NCBI GenBank assembly: GCA_048937405.1
Contig: JBHLNF010000019.1
Location: 1-46,471, forward strand
Direction: 5' to 3'
DNA from: Promethearchaeota archaeon
GTDB taxonomy: Archaea > Asgardarchaeota > Lokiarchaeia > Sigyniarchaeales > SOKP01
Length of the DNA stretch: 46,471 nt
The translations under genes were made by a program, and so were the position numbers. This document shows, piece by piece, positions 1 to 9,676 of the stretch. The notes below the pieces were generated by a model that worked only from the letters and a program-made list of their open reading frames with translations, was not told the DNA's origin and ran no database searches. Positions within the stretch are counted from its first letter, which is position 1, and each line of letters starts with the position of its first letter.

Positions 1-1
1 C

Positions 2-610
2 TATTGCCTTTAGAACTAGCTTAGAATACTTTTTTAACAGTTTTTCACATTTCTTTTCAATATAATTATTATGAATCTTTTTACTTATGAACTCCATAAA
101 ACTCAAGCTATAAATCATGCCAATATTAGGATCACTTTTTCCATACAATGATTCAATCTTTCTTCTTACTTCTGATTCTTGTTCGGGCTTTAAAGATCTC
201 ATTTTCATTATGAAGTCGATTATGTGTGCAATAGTAGTGTTAAAACTTTTTGTTTGGATTTCGGTTAAACAATCCCCTATAATCACATTCAATACAATTT
301 TACGGTCAAGTTCTGAACCTATTGCATCTTTATATTCTCTATATTTGTTTAAAATAGAATCTATGGGAATTTTATGAATGCTTTCATTAAAAAACTCCAA
401 ATATTGGCGAATTTGTCCCTCATCGATTAAATTTATCATTTTGGAAATTAAGGAATAAAAAAGTTCTATTGCTTTACCCGCCCCTTTAATATGCTCAGAA
501 CGATCTTTAGTACGTCCATAAATACGATCATCCCCATAATAAAACTGCTGATATAATAAATACCGTACCATATCATCTGGATCTATTTTAACTGTTGGTT
601 TGATATTCAT
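2..610 (-). CDS. hypothetical protein, 3' end runs off the window (>203 aa, MNIKPTVKIDPDDMVRYLLYQQFYYG...)
   Basis: Manual translation: ATG at 610 and an open frame to the window edge. It is not in the ORF track because no stop codon lies in the window. Composition is protein-like and helical. Confidence 0.8.
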   Translation of the reverse strand, partial: MNIKPTVKIDPDDMVRYLLYQQFYYGDDRIYGRTKDRSEHIKGAGKAIELFYSLISKMINLIDEGQIRQYLEFFNESIHKIPIDSILNKYREYKDAIGSELDRKIVLNVIIGDCLTEIQTKSFNTTIAHIIDFIMKMRSLKPEQESEVRRKIESLYGKSDPNIGMIYSLSFMEFISKKIHNNYIEKKCEKLLKKYSKLVLKAI

Positions 611-831
611 GATAACTCTTGTTATTACTTATTCTCATTTATTTTTTTATTTTTCTTTTCAAAAAAACAATTTTATTTTAGTTGCACTTCAGTATGTAAA
701 TAATTCATTTTCAGTTGGAATTCTTGTGGTTACCATCAAAACCTATAATGGATGTAGTGGAACTTATTATTGACTGTTTTTTATCAGTGCAAACTTATAT
801 TCCTTAAAGGATTTTAAATCTTTTTTTTTTC

Positions 832-1257
832 TTAATATTCAATTAATGGAATATCCTTAATATCTTTAAATTGATTACTAAAGATTTTAATAATTTGATG
901 AGAAAAAGGTTTAAAATGAGAAATTTCACCATTGAAATCCTGAAGTATTTCTTTATATTTTTTTATGAAAGTATCAATTATCTTCTCAGAAATTGATTCT
1001 AATAACTGTTTATCAAATATTTTATTCTCACATTTAAGTACCAAGTGATAATTAGATTTATGAGTATAAAAGAAAAAGCTAAAACTGTCTAATTCTAAGA
1101 TCTTCAAACTTTCTTTAAAACTCTGCTTTGTAAATCGACAAATTACATCAAAATATCCTGCTATAGATTGTTTATCGTTAACATTTTCATCACTAATGAA
1201 ATTGTGATAAAATACAGCTAATCCTGCTTGATTAATTATCATTAATTCTTGGATCAT
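832..1257 (-). CDS. longin-like domain protein (sigma-adaptin/sedlin/TRAPPC2-like fold)
   Basis: 141 aa. N-terminal MIQELMIINQAGLAVFYHNF beta-hairpin (IINxxG), then helix, beta strands and a C-terminal FxxF helix, typical of Asgard longin-like proteins. Confidence 0.65.
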   Translation of the reverse strand: MIQELMIINQAGLAVFYHNFISDENVNDKQSIAGYFDVICRFTKQSFKESLKILELDSFSFFFYTHKSNYHLVLKCENKIFDKQLLESISEKIIDTFIKKYKEILQDFNGEISHFKPFSHQIIKIFSNQFKDIKDIPLIEY

Positions 1258-1523
1258 TTTGCTTAAAGTGTAATATTCTTAACCAGAATTTTCATCTAAA
1301 ATATAGAACAAGTTATTTTTAAACTTTTATTTAATAATTTATCAAGTCAAAATATTCAAGTTCTTTTCTAATTAATGCACATAACTTGTATATAAATTCA
1401 TGTTATTAGTTAAACAATAAAAAATGCATATTTTATAGTCGGTGATTGGAATAACCATGAATTTTAAACGAAATCATACCTAATCACTATCATACTTAAT
1501 CATAATTACTTATAGTAATGTAA

Positions 1524-1712
1524 ATGGCATGGGGAGGTTCCTTGAATAAGGAAGGATCTGATTATATAAGAAAGCTTAGAGAAGCAGATAAAGTCATTTC
1601 ATTTTTAGAAAGTTTTAAAAATGATTTAAAAACTGATGAAAAAGAAAATATCTCAAAAACTATTGAATTAATTATTGATTATATTTTGCGTATTTCAGAG
1701 AAAAAAGATTGA
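1524..1712 (+). CDS. small hypothetical helical protein
   Basis: 62-aa ORF with ATG start, amphipathic helices, filling an intergenic gap convergent with hycI. Confidence 0.6.
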   Translation: MAWGGSLNKEGSDYIRKLREADKVISFLESFKNDLKTDEKENISKTIELIIDYILRISEKKD

Positions 1713-1716
1713 TAAT

Positions 1717-2286
1717 CTAAGGTTTCTGGATAATCTTCTTAATGAGAATGACAAGTTGGTCGGCTACTTTTTGAATAGTTGGAGTAAGATTTAGTTCAAA
1801 AAAAGGAATGTCTTCATTCTCACTTCTTTCTTCAAGGGAATATTCATTTTCTTTATAGAATCTTAATTCTGTAAAGCCTTCAAGACTTTCTGGTACAATT
1901 CCAATCATAAAAATCTTTAAAGTGGGCAATTTTTCAAGTAATAAGTCGACAACGATATGTATTGGTATTGTATGGGAAGAAATTGGAACCAATTCTTGAA
2001 TATTTTCTCTTTCGATTATAGCAACTGATCCGGGGGGTTGTTTTAAGGTGCATGTATCTATAAGAATTAGATGTGATGCTTGAAATTCTATAACATCTTC
2101 AATTCTACTCATCGGATCAATTCCAGCATTAACAAATAAACAGTTCTCATTAGAATATGGTAAGAGTTCACTTATTATGTAGATGCCTACTGCGTCATCT
2201 CTAAGCTTTTCTTCTCCAATCCCCATGAAAACAACTCTTGTAGCACCATTTAGTTTAATTAAAAGTTTCTCAAGCATCTCTTTCAT
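1717..2286 (-). CDS. hycI: hydrogenase maturation protease (HycI family)
   Basis: Motifs VFMGIGxxxLRDDAVG, LILIDT, PPG, SSHTIP, IGIVP. Confidence 0.85.
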   Translation of the reverse strand: MKEMLEKLLIKLNGATRVVFMGIGEEKLRDDAVGIYIISELLPYSNENCLFVNAGIDPMSRIEDVIEFQASHLILIDTCTLKQPPGSVAIIERENIQELVPISSHTIPIHIVVDLLLEKLPTLKIFMIGIVPESLEGFTELRFYKENEYSLEERSENEDIPFFELNLTPTIQKVADQLVILIKKIIQKP

Positions 2287-2438
2287 AACAACATAAATAT
2301 TTGATATTTTATAATCTCACTGTAAAATTTAGCAAATTGAAAAACTTTAAAAAATAATACTTTATTATTAATTGAAATAAAAAAAATTCCTAACGCTATC
2401 GATAAAGATATATCTTATATTAAAGATGAGGATGTTAT

Positions 2439-4676
2439 TTGTATATAAATAGTGACGAAGAGGTAATATCAAAAGAACACATTCAAGATCTATTAAATGA
2501 CTTAGATATTGGATATTTTAAAGGAGAGTTTAAAGGGAAATTACTGATTCATAATACGGCAATTAACAGAATTTTAGGAATTGATCCCTCAGTAGATCTG
2601 ACAGGATCTCATTCATCTCAATTTTTTTCTAATCCTGAAGCCCAAAAAAGCTACCATGATCAATTAATAAAAAATGGATATGTAAAAGATTTTATTGCTA
2701 AAATAAGAACTCCAAAAGCGGAACTAATTTATATTCAAATTAATTCTCACATGATTAATAAAGATGATAATGATTGTATTCTTATAGAAGGAACCGTGAC
2801 TAATGTTACAGAAAAGTATAGGTTAGAGAAAAATCTAAAGGAGACGGAGAAGATATTTAAACTAATTGCTGACAATTCAAATGATTTAATTGCTATTTTA
2901 AATAAAGATTTTAAACATGTGTTTATAAATGAAAGTGCTTATTATTCGGTATTAGGATACAGAAAGGATGAAATTCTTGGAAAAAGACCAAGAGATTTTG
3001 CTCATCCAGATGATCTTAAGAGAGTATCCAGAGTTATGAAAAATGCTTTATATAGTGGTGTATTTTCAGAAGAATTTAGAACGAGACATAAGAATGGACA
3101 CTATTTATATGTTGAACTTAAAGGTAAATTCTTAATTGAGAATAATGAAATTATAGGAGCTATTTTGATTTCGAGAGATATTACTAAACGTAAAGAAACT
3201 GAGCAAAAATTAAGAAAATCTGAAGAAAAATACAGAAATTTAATTGAAGATGCACAGGAAGGTGTTTGGGCTTTAGATGAATATGAGAACACCATATTTG
3301 TAAATGCAAGACTTTGTGAAATGCTAGGATATACAAAAGATGAGATGATTGGTAAAAATCTTCATTCTTTCATTCCTGAGTCAATGGCGCCATTAATAGA
3401 AGGAAATCGCTCCAAAAGAGAAAAGGGTGTTAAAGAAACTTATGAATTCCAATTTTTAAAGAAAGATGGAAGTATTATCTATACTGAAATAAGTGCAGCC
3501 CCCATTATGGATGAATATCAAAAATACAAAGGTTCCTTTGCCTATATTACTGACATAACAAGTAAAAAGATTGCAGAACAAAAATTAATAGAATCTGAAA
3601 ACAAATATAGAACTTTATTTGAATCAAGTACTGATGGAATATATTCTACAGATATGGAAGGTCTCTTTATTGAAGTTAATGAAGCATTTCTAAAAATGAC
3701 CGGATATTCAAGAAAAGAGCTTTTAGAACTTCATAATCGTCAAATTACTCCTTCAAAATGGTATGAAAAGGAAGATAATATGTTATTCACTCATTTAGCT
3801 GAAGGTGAAAGCAAGGTTTATGACAAGGAATTTATACTTAAAAATGGTAATATTTTGCCAGTTAGTATCAGATTCTGGATTTTACAAGATGAGCAGGGTG
3901 ACCCATATAGAATATGGGTAATTGTAAGAGACATCACTGAGAGTAAAAAGATGGAAAAAAAATTGAAAGAAATAAATAGATTAAAATCTGAATTTTTAAG
4001 TAGAGCATCTCATGAATTAAAAACTCCCCTCGTTTCGGTTAAAGGCTATACAGATTTAATTTTAACTATGTACGCAAAAGAGTTAAATCCTGAGATAATT
4101 TCTAAATTAGAGGAAGTTGATAAAGGATGTATAAGATTGCAAAAAATAATCAATGATCTTCTATACACGTCTAAAGTAGAATCACCAGATTTAAAACCAA
4201 AACTCGAAAAAGAAGACTTGTCCTTTTTAATTAAATTCTGCATAAATGAGCTTCGCCCTTTGGCTTTAACACGGGAACATTCACTTAACATAGAAATTCA
4301 TGAATCGATAATAACTCTATTTGCAAAAGAAGAAATTCATGACGTACTGTCAAATTTATTGACAAATGCTATAAAATATACTCCTCCTCGTGGTTGGATT
4401 GAAATAAAAACAGATTTAACAGATGATTTTGTAATTGTTTCTATTAAGGATAATGGTATAGGATTCACAAAAGAGGAAAAAGAAAGGATTTTCAAACAAT
4501 TTGGAAAGATTGAACGTTATGGTCAAGGACTTGATTTAGGAATTGATGGTACTGGTCTAGGACTACACATTTCAAAAAAAATTATCGAATCCCATGGTGG
4601 AGAAATATGGATGGAATCAAAGGGTAAGGATAAAGGAAGTATATTTTATTTCTCACTTCCACTTATTAAAGATTAA
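2439..4676 (+). CDS. cytoplasmic multi-PAS sensor histidine kinase
   Basis: Four PAS/PAC-like repeats (RDITKRK, TDITSKK, RDITESK), H-box ASHELKTPL, N-box NLLTNAIKY, G1 DNGIG, G2 GTGLGL. No TM helix. Confidence 0.92.
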   Translation: MYINSDEEVISKEHIQDLLNDLDIGYFKGEFKGKLLIHNTAINRILGIDPSVDLTGSHSSQFFSNPEAQKSYHDQLIKNGYVKDFIAKIRTPKAELIYIQINSHMINKDDNDCILIEGTVTNVTEKYRLEKNLKETEKIFKLIADNSNDLIAILNKDFKHVFINESAYYSVLGYRKDEILGKRPRDFAHPDDLKRVSRVMKNALYSGVFSEEFRTRHKNGHYLYVELKGKFLIENNEIIGAILISRDITKRKETEQKLRKSEEKYRNLIEDAQEGVWALDEYENTIFVNARLCEMLGYTKDEMIGKNLHSFIPESMAPLIEGNRSKREKGVKETYEFQFLKKDGSIIYTEISAAPIMDEYQKYKGSFAYITDITSKKIAEQKLIESENKYRTLFESSTDGIYSTDMEGLFIEVNEAFLKMTGYSRKELLELHNRQITPSKWYEKEDNMLFTHLAEGESKVYDKEFILKNGNILPVSIRFWILQDEQGDPYRIWVIVRDITESKKMEKKLKEINRLKSEFLSRASHELKTPLVSVKGYTDLILTMYAKELNPEIISKLEEVDKGCIRLQKIINDLLYTSKVESPDLKPKLEKEDLSFLIKFCINELRPLALTREHSLNIEIHESIITLFAKEEIHDVLSNLLTNAIKYTPPRGWIEIKTDLTDDFVIVSIKDNGIGFTKEEKERIFKQFGKIERYGQGLDLGIDGTGLGLHISKKIIESHGGEIWMESKGKDKGSIFYFSLPLIKD

Positions 4677-4870
4677 ACCTTTTAACTATTTTCTAAAACA
4701 ACCATTATAAATTATTTATATTATTATATCATATGTGAATTATAAGAATAATCATTACTATCCGTCTATAAGATTAAATGAAATAATCCAGTCGTATAAT
4801 TCTGTAGATCTAACCTTGAATTGACTAATAGTCAAATTCTTTAAAAAAGAATATAATTATATATTTAAGA

Positions 4871-5473
4871 ATGGAAGAAAAGACATCAGATAATTTAGAA
4901 AAAGTACAGATAAAGGGTATTATTAATAACGATAAGGTTATTGTTTTAGATCCTAAAGGAATTCAAGAATTTTACGAGAATTCATATATTGGTACGATTG
5001 AAAAGAATGAAAAAAATGATGAATTCTTAATTTTAGAGCCAATAGAAGTGCTTCTTTTAATTGAACGTAATCGAATTCTATTATGGGAGGATAATGATGA
5101 AAATAATATCCAATATAGTTTTGAAACAGCTCTAGAAAATTTTACTCAATTCGATGAAAGGTTATGGCATAAATATATAATCTATATGGATTTAAGAAAA
5201 AGAGGATATATTGTTCGTACTGGTTATGGAGATGGTATTGATTTCCGAGTCTATAAAAGAGGTGCTAATTTTGAAAAAGATTCAGCGAGATTTTTAATTT
5301 TTCCTGTATTTGAAGGAAACCCTATTGAATTAAGAGATTTAGATAAGATGTCGAGAGTTGCTATGGGTTCTCGAAAGGAATTAATTGTTGCTACAGTAGA
5401 TAGACTTTCTAAACCTATTTATTACAGTGTAAAAAAATTCCAAATATTGAATAGGGAAGAAAGTGCTGAATAA
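4871..5473 (+). CDS. endA: tRNA-intron (splicing) endonuclease family subunit, probably the non-catalytic structural subunit
   Basis: Motifs LEPIEVLLL, YMDLRKRGYIVRTG, DFRVYKRG, RVAMGSRKELIVA. The His of the canonical catalytic HS motif is absent (DSA instead). Confidence 0.85.
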   Translation: MEEKTSDNLEKVQIKGIINNDKVIVLDPKGIQEFYENSYIGTIEKNEKNDEFLILEPIEVLLLIERNRILLWEDNDENNIQYSFETALENFTQFDERLWHKYIIYMDLRKRGYIVRTGYGDGIDFRVYKRGANFEKDSARFLIFPVFEGNPIELRDLDKMSRVAMGSRKELIVATVDRLSKPIYYSVKKFQILNREESAE

Positions 5474-5637
5474 TGAGGATTTTAAAAATAAATACAGAGT
5501 TTTATTCTATTTATTTTTTTTTTTAGAATAGCACTTCAGAAAAATATATAAGAATTGCAATTTTACTTAAATATTAAAATATTAGGATTGATTTCAATTC
5601 TTCATATATTTAGGCGAAATAAGTAATATATTACAAA

Positions 5638-6735
5638 TTGATTAAAATGAATAATATAGAATATAATAATAAAACTACTGTGTTGATTGTATCTGATACT
5701 CATTTAGGAGCCTCAGGGGCAAAATATGATGATTTTAACAATTTCCTAAATTTAATATACTCAAAAAAGGAAGAAGGGAAATTAGAATTGCTTAAATGCT
5801 TAATAGTTGCAGGAGATTTCTTTGATTTATGTATGGATAGTTATAGAGACCTATCTAAGGAAAAAATAAATTTGGAAATATATGATAACCTTATTAAACT
5901 TCAAGACAAAGGCATACAAATTGTAATTACTCTAGGGAATCATGAGATACCGACCACATGGTGTCATGATCGGCTTTTCAAATCACGTAAGAAAACTTTC
6001 ATTGATGAATTTACAAAGCAATTTAATACAAGTGGAAGATACCTTGAATTTTTCAAGAAAATTAAATTCTGTCAATATTGTATATTATATACCAATAATG
6101 ATTCCAAATTGGAGATTAATTTGTATGATAGAAAGAAAAATCTTGCTAAGAATAAAATTTCTAAGAATGTAGTGAAACTTGATATATTATCAGATATGGA
6201 TACTAAACAAAAATTTTTATTTTCTCATGGTTATCAATTCGAACGTTGGTATCTTCACTTTTTTGCTTCCTTTGTTTGGGCTACCAGCATCAATTCCCCC
6301 GATATAATTAAAGAATTAAATAATTTCTTATATAATGATTTATATAAAGAAGCTGAAAAATTTAGTAAAGAACAAATTGAAGAAGCACTAGAAACGCCTT
6401 CTACGGCAGAATTTATTAAGACTCGGGATATAAAGGTGGAAAAAATTAACAGGAAAAAACTTAGAAAATTAATGAATAAGAATAGAAAGACTAATTTAAG
6501 GCGGGAAAAAATCAAAGATAAAAACAAAAGATACTTTAAAAAAGCCTTTAAATTCTTAGAAAAAGAAAAATATTCCCATATTTCTCACGTTATTTTTGGT
6601 CATACACATCAAGAGGACCAGCAACAAAAAAACAACAAGTATGTACTAAATGCTGGAGCATGGCAAAATGTTAAGCATGGACATTATATCGAGATCCTCG
6701 TCGACGGAAAAGTAATACCGAAAAATTATGAATAA
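5638..6735 (+). CDS. calcineurin-like metallophosphoesterase (LpxH/YbbF-like)
   Basis: All five motifs present: SDTHLG, GDFFD, GNHE, HG, GHTH. Confidence 0.85.
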   Translation: MIKMNNIEYNNKTTVLIVSDTHLGASGAKYDDFNNFLNLIYSKKEEGKLELLKCLIVAGDFFDLCMDSYRDLSKEKINLEIYDNLIKLQDKGIQIVITLGNHEIPTTWCHDRLFKSRKKTFIDEFTKQFNTSGRYLEFFKKIKFCQYCILYTNNDSKLEINLYDRKKNLAKNKISKNVVKLDILSDMDTKQKFLFSHGYQFERWYLHFFASFVWATSINSPDIIKELNNFLYNDLYKEAEKFSKEQIEEALETPSTAEFIKTRDIKVEKINRKKLRKLMNKNRKTNLRREKIKDKNKRYFKKAFKFLEKEKYSHISHVIFGHTHQEDQQQKNNKYVLNAGAWQNVKHGHYIEILVDGKVIPKNYE

Positions 6736-7027
6736 TCATAATCTTTTTCTTTTTTGAAATTTATACAAAGCTTCATAATTTTATAAATATTCTAGATATA
6801 ATAAGAACAAAGAAAAACCATAATTTTACCAAAATCAAGTAAGAATTTAGGTCAGGTCTGATAAATTCTTAATAAAGAAGAGAATAGTAATATTAATTCG
6901 GAGCAAAATAGAAAGGTTGTTTTATAGATTTCTCAAATAAAACACACTTTTATCCGACCCCTCTATATTAATTTCATTCTAAATAGGAAAATAATTTAAA
7001 TGGGTTTGAATAATAGACTACAGATTA

Positions 7028-7041
7028 TCATCATATGATGA
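7028..7041. promoter_or_regulatory. 14-bp perfect palindrome TCATCATATGATGA, candidate transcription-factor operator
   Basis: Perfect palindrome 47 bp upstream of the TTG start at 7089 and downstream of an AT-rich TATA-like element. Confidence 0.35.
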
Positions 7042-7088
7042 AAGTTTTATTTAGTTTCTAATTCAATTATTATAAAAGGTGAACTATT

Positions 7089-8168
7089 TTGACGTTTAAA
7101 ACTAATATTACCGAAATGTTTGGAATTAAACACCCGATCGCAAATGCTGCCATGGGTCCTTTCAGAACAACTGAGTTGGCTGTAGCGGTCGCGGAGGCTG
7201 GTGGTTTAGGGATGATTTCTCACGCAAACCAGTCTATGGATGGGAGGGAAGAAAGTGCCTTAATTGCATTAAAAAAAAATCTTGATTATGTTGTAGAACA
7301 TACAGAGGGGATTTTTGGATTCAATATAAGAACTTCAAGACTCACTCCAGATTGTGAAGAGTTGATTTCTGGAGCTGCAAAGCATATAATGGCAAATCCT
7401 AAATTGAGAGAGCAATGTCTTTATGTGCTCACTAGCGCAGGTTCAGCATCAAGAATGCCTCAAAATAAAGATTTCCAGAAATTAAGGGAAAACTCACAGG
7501 TTAAGCACTTCCATGTTGCCCCGGCACTCTGGTTGGCAGATAAGTGTGTTGCCGCGGGATGCGACGGGCTTGTTGTAACTGGATTTGAAGGTGGGGGACA
7601 CCAATCATATGAAAAAGTTGGAGGTCTGGTATTGCTACAGCAAGTACAGCAAAAACATCCAGATATCCCAAAAATTGCATGTGGTGGATTTGCCACTGGT
7701 TATGGTCTTGCAGCCGCCTTATCTATAGGTGCAGGAGGAGTTGCTATGGGATCGAGATTTATCGCATCTAAAGAAAGTGAATTCCATGAAAATTATAAGA
7801 ACGTAGTTCCCCCCGCAAAAGCTCAAGATACAATTGTGAGAACAGGAGCTTTAGGAACCATCAGACTCTGGAAGAACGAATATGCTATGAAGAAAGGACT
7901 AGTAAAGAGTAAAGAAGAAAAAATTGCTGAAGAAAAAGCGAAGGATGATCACAGAGCTGAAATTTCAAAAGAAGAACTTGCTGAAGAATTAAGACAAGAT
8001 TCAATTGCAGCTTTTGCAGCTTATGAAGGTGATATGCAGAAAGGTTCTGTGTTATTAGGACAAAGCATAGGTATTGTAAACCAGATCGAGAGTGTTTCTG
8101 ATATCATTGAAACTGTTATTAAAGATGCTGAAAAAGCATTAAAAAAAGCTATAACTTATGTGATATAA
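7089..8168 (+). CDS. nitronate monooxygenase / FabK-like FMN-dependent enoyl reductase
   Basis: Motifs FGIKHPIANAAM, AVAEAGGLG, GFEGGGH, CGGF, GAGGVAMGSRFIASKES, GQSIG. Confidence 0.9.
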   Translation: MTFKTNITEMFGIKHPIANAAMGPFRTTELAVAVAEAGGLGMISHANQSMDGREESALIALKKNLDYVVEHTEGIFGFNIRTSRLTPDCEELISGAAKHIMANPKLREQCLYVLTSAGSASRMPQNKDFQKLRENSQVKHFHVAPALWLADKCVAAGCDGLVVTGFEGGGHQSYEKVGGLVLLQQVQQKHPDIPKIACGGFATGYGLAAALSIGAGGVAMGSRFIASKESEFHENYKNVVPPAKAQDTIVRTGALGTIRLWKNEYAMKKGLVKSKEEKIAEEKAKDDHRAEISKEELAEELRQDSIAAFAAYEGDMQKGSVLLGQSIGIVNQIESVSDIIETVIKDAEKALKKAITYVI

Positions 8169-8525
8169 CTCTTCTCTTCTTTAATTATCAAATTACTTTT
8201 TTTTCAATTTTTTTTATACAAATTGAATTTAATAATCTGAATGATTTGTTTTAGTGGAATTTTAATTAAAAACAGACAAATAATTTGCCTTTCTATTCCA
8301 ATTTCAAAGGAAATTGTTATAAAATTCAAGATTTCATTTGCTCGTTTAAAGTGTCTGGTATTTGATTTTCGAATATTTATGTATCCTTGGTCAATTATGG
8401 TGGACGAGTCAATGAAGAATTCTGTACAGGATTATCCAATAAAAACTACTAAGGTCAATATAATCCTCCATTAAAATGAGAATAAAAAGAGGTATTAAAA
8501 AAAAAGGTTAAAGGATAAAATTTAT

Positions 8526-9059
8526 TTAGTTCTTATATTTCTTTTTAAGTGCCATAATTGCTACGATAGCTAAACTTGAAATAATGATGATTATATTATA
8601 ACCCGGAACAGATAAAGAAGGTGAGGGATCAATATTGAGTGTATAAGTAAGCGTGGTAGTTTCCTGATCGGGATCCTCATTTAAAAATACGAAATAAAAT
8701 GGTGGAACATTATCTTCTTCTGATGGATCACAAACTGAATGCATATTTACTGACCAAGAACCAGAGTCATTAACATGATCTTCAGAAACTATTCTATGCC
8801 AACTATCAGCAAGATAACAACTTTCCGAATAACTATGTAATGTAATATTCACGTTTGGATTTGTTCCTGTAAATGACCAACTAACTTTTGAATTTGGGTA
8901 TATTTTAACAGCCTCTTTTTCATTATATTCGAGAACTACTGTATCTGAAACTTTTGCACATTTAGCATTTGGAATGGTCAGGAGTAAGAAAAATCCTATT
9001 AAACTTAAAATGAAATAAATATATAGTTTTTTTTGCATATTTCCATCCTTTTTTATCAT
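8526..9059 (-). CDS. secreted beta-sandwich surface protein with Loki-CTERM-type C-terminal sorting signal
   Basis: N-terminal signal peptide. C-terminus VPGY + hydrophobic helix + KKKYKN. The start may be the second Met (MQKK). Confidence 0.75.
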   Translation of the reverse strand: MIKKDGNMQKKLYIYFILSLIGFFLLLTIPNAKCAKVSDTVVLEYNEKEAVKIYPNSKVSWSFTGTNPNVNITLHSYSESCYLADSWHRIVSEDHVNDSGSWSVNMHSVCDPSEEDNVPPFYFVFLNEDPDQETTTLTYTLNIDPSPSLSVPGYNIIIIISSLAIVAIMALKKKYKN

Positions 9060-9676
9060 TCTAATTTTATTGAAAATAAATTCCTCACTTAAAATATTTA
9101 CTTTAATAATATTTAAATCTATAATAATTGAGTTTAAACCTTAAAATATGAGGTAAAAAATTAAATACTAAATTATTTTGCTTTGAATAAAACGCTCATT
9201 TCTAAAAAGCTACTGGTCTTCATAATCGCACCTTTCAAGAACTGAATGTTAATATCATATAATATAATTATAGGTCTTAAAAGCCTTTTTTAATATAATT
9301 TCGATTTAAGATATTTTTGTCTTTTCAAAGGAATTTTCATTGAAATCAGACTCTGAATCTACATTTCTATTAAAAAGAAAATTTTGAGAAAAAAATTCTC
9401 TATGAATTTAGTTTCACTTATTCAAGTAAAGAAAATCATGATTTTTTCTAAATTTTCATTCACATTTTAGTTTATGATTTATTAATCTTATCTAAAACAT
9501 ATATTAGGCTCTTAACTTTTATTTTATAATAGGCATTGTACTTTTCTTTAGAATAGTAATGATAGTTGTTTACAATCTATTAATAAATACAATGTTTCAT
9601 TATTTTATATATATTTAACAAATAGAAGCTTTATAGGAAGAAATATTATATTTATCAAAAAGCAAAAAATTAAGTC

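Noticed and set aside
117-377. 86-aa plus-strand ORF
   Set aside because: Antisense shadow of the longer minus-strand ORF at 2-610.
6855-6959. Imperfect 11-bp inverted repeat (GGTCTGATAAA / TTTATCCGACC) ~105 bp apart, possible MITE
   Set aside because: Short, with one mismatch, no evident target-site duplication and no second copy in the window.
8241-8474. 77-aa plus-strand ORF and short minus-strand ORFs in the same gap
   Set aside because: No motif, atypical composition and several short competing frames. At best a decayed remnant.
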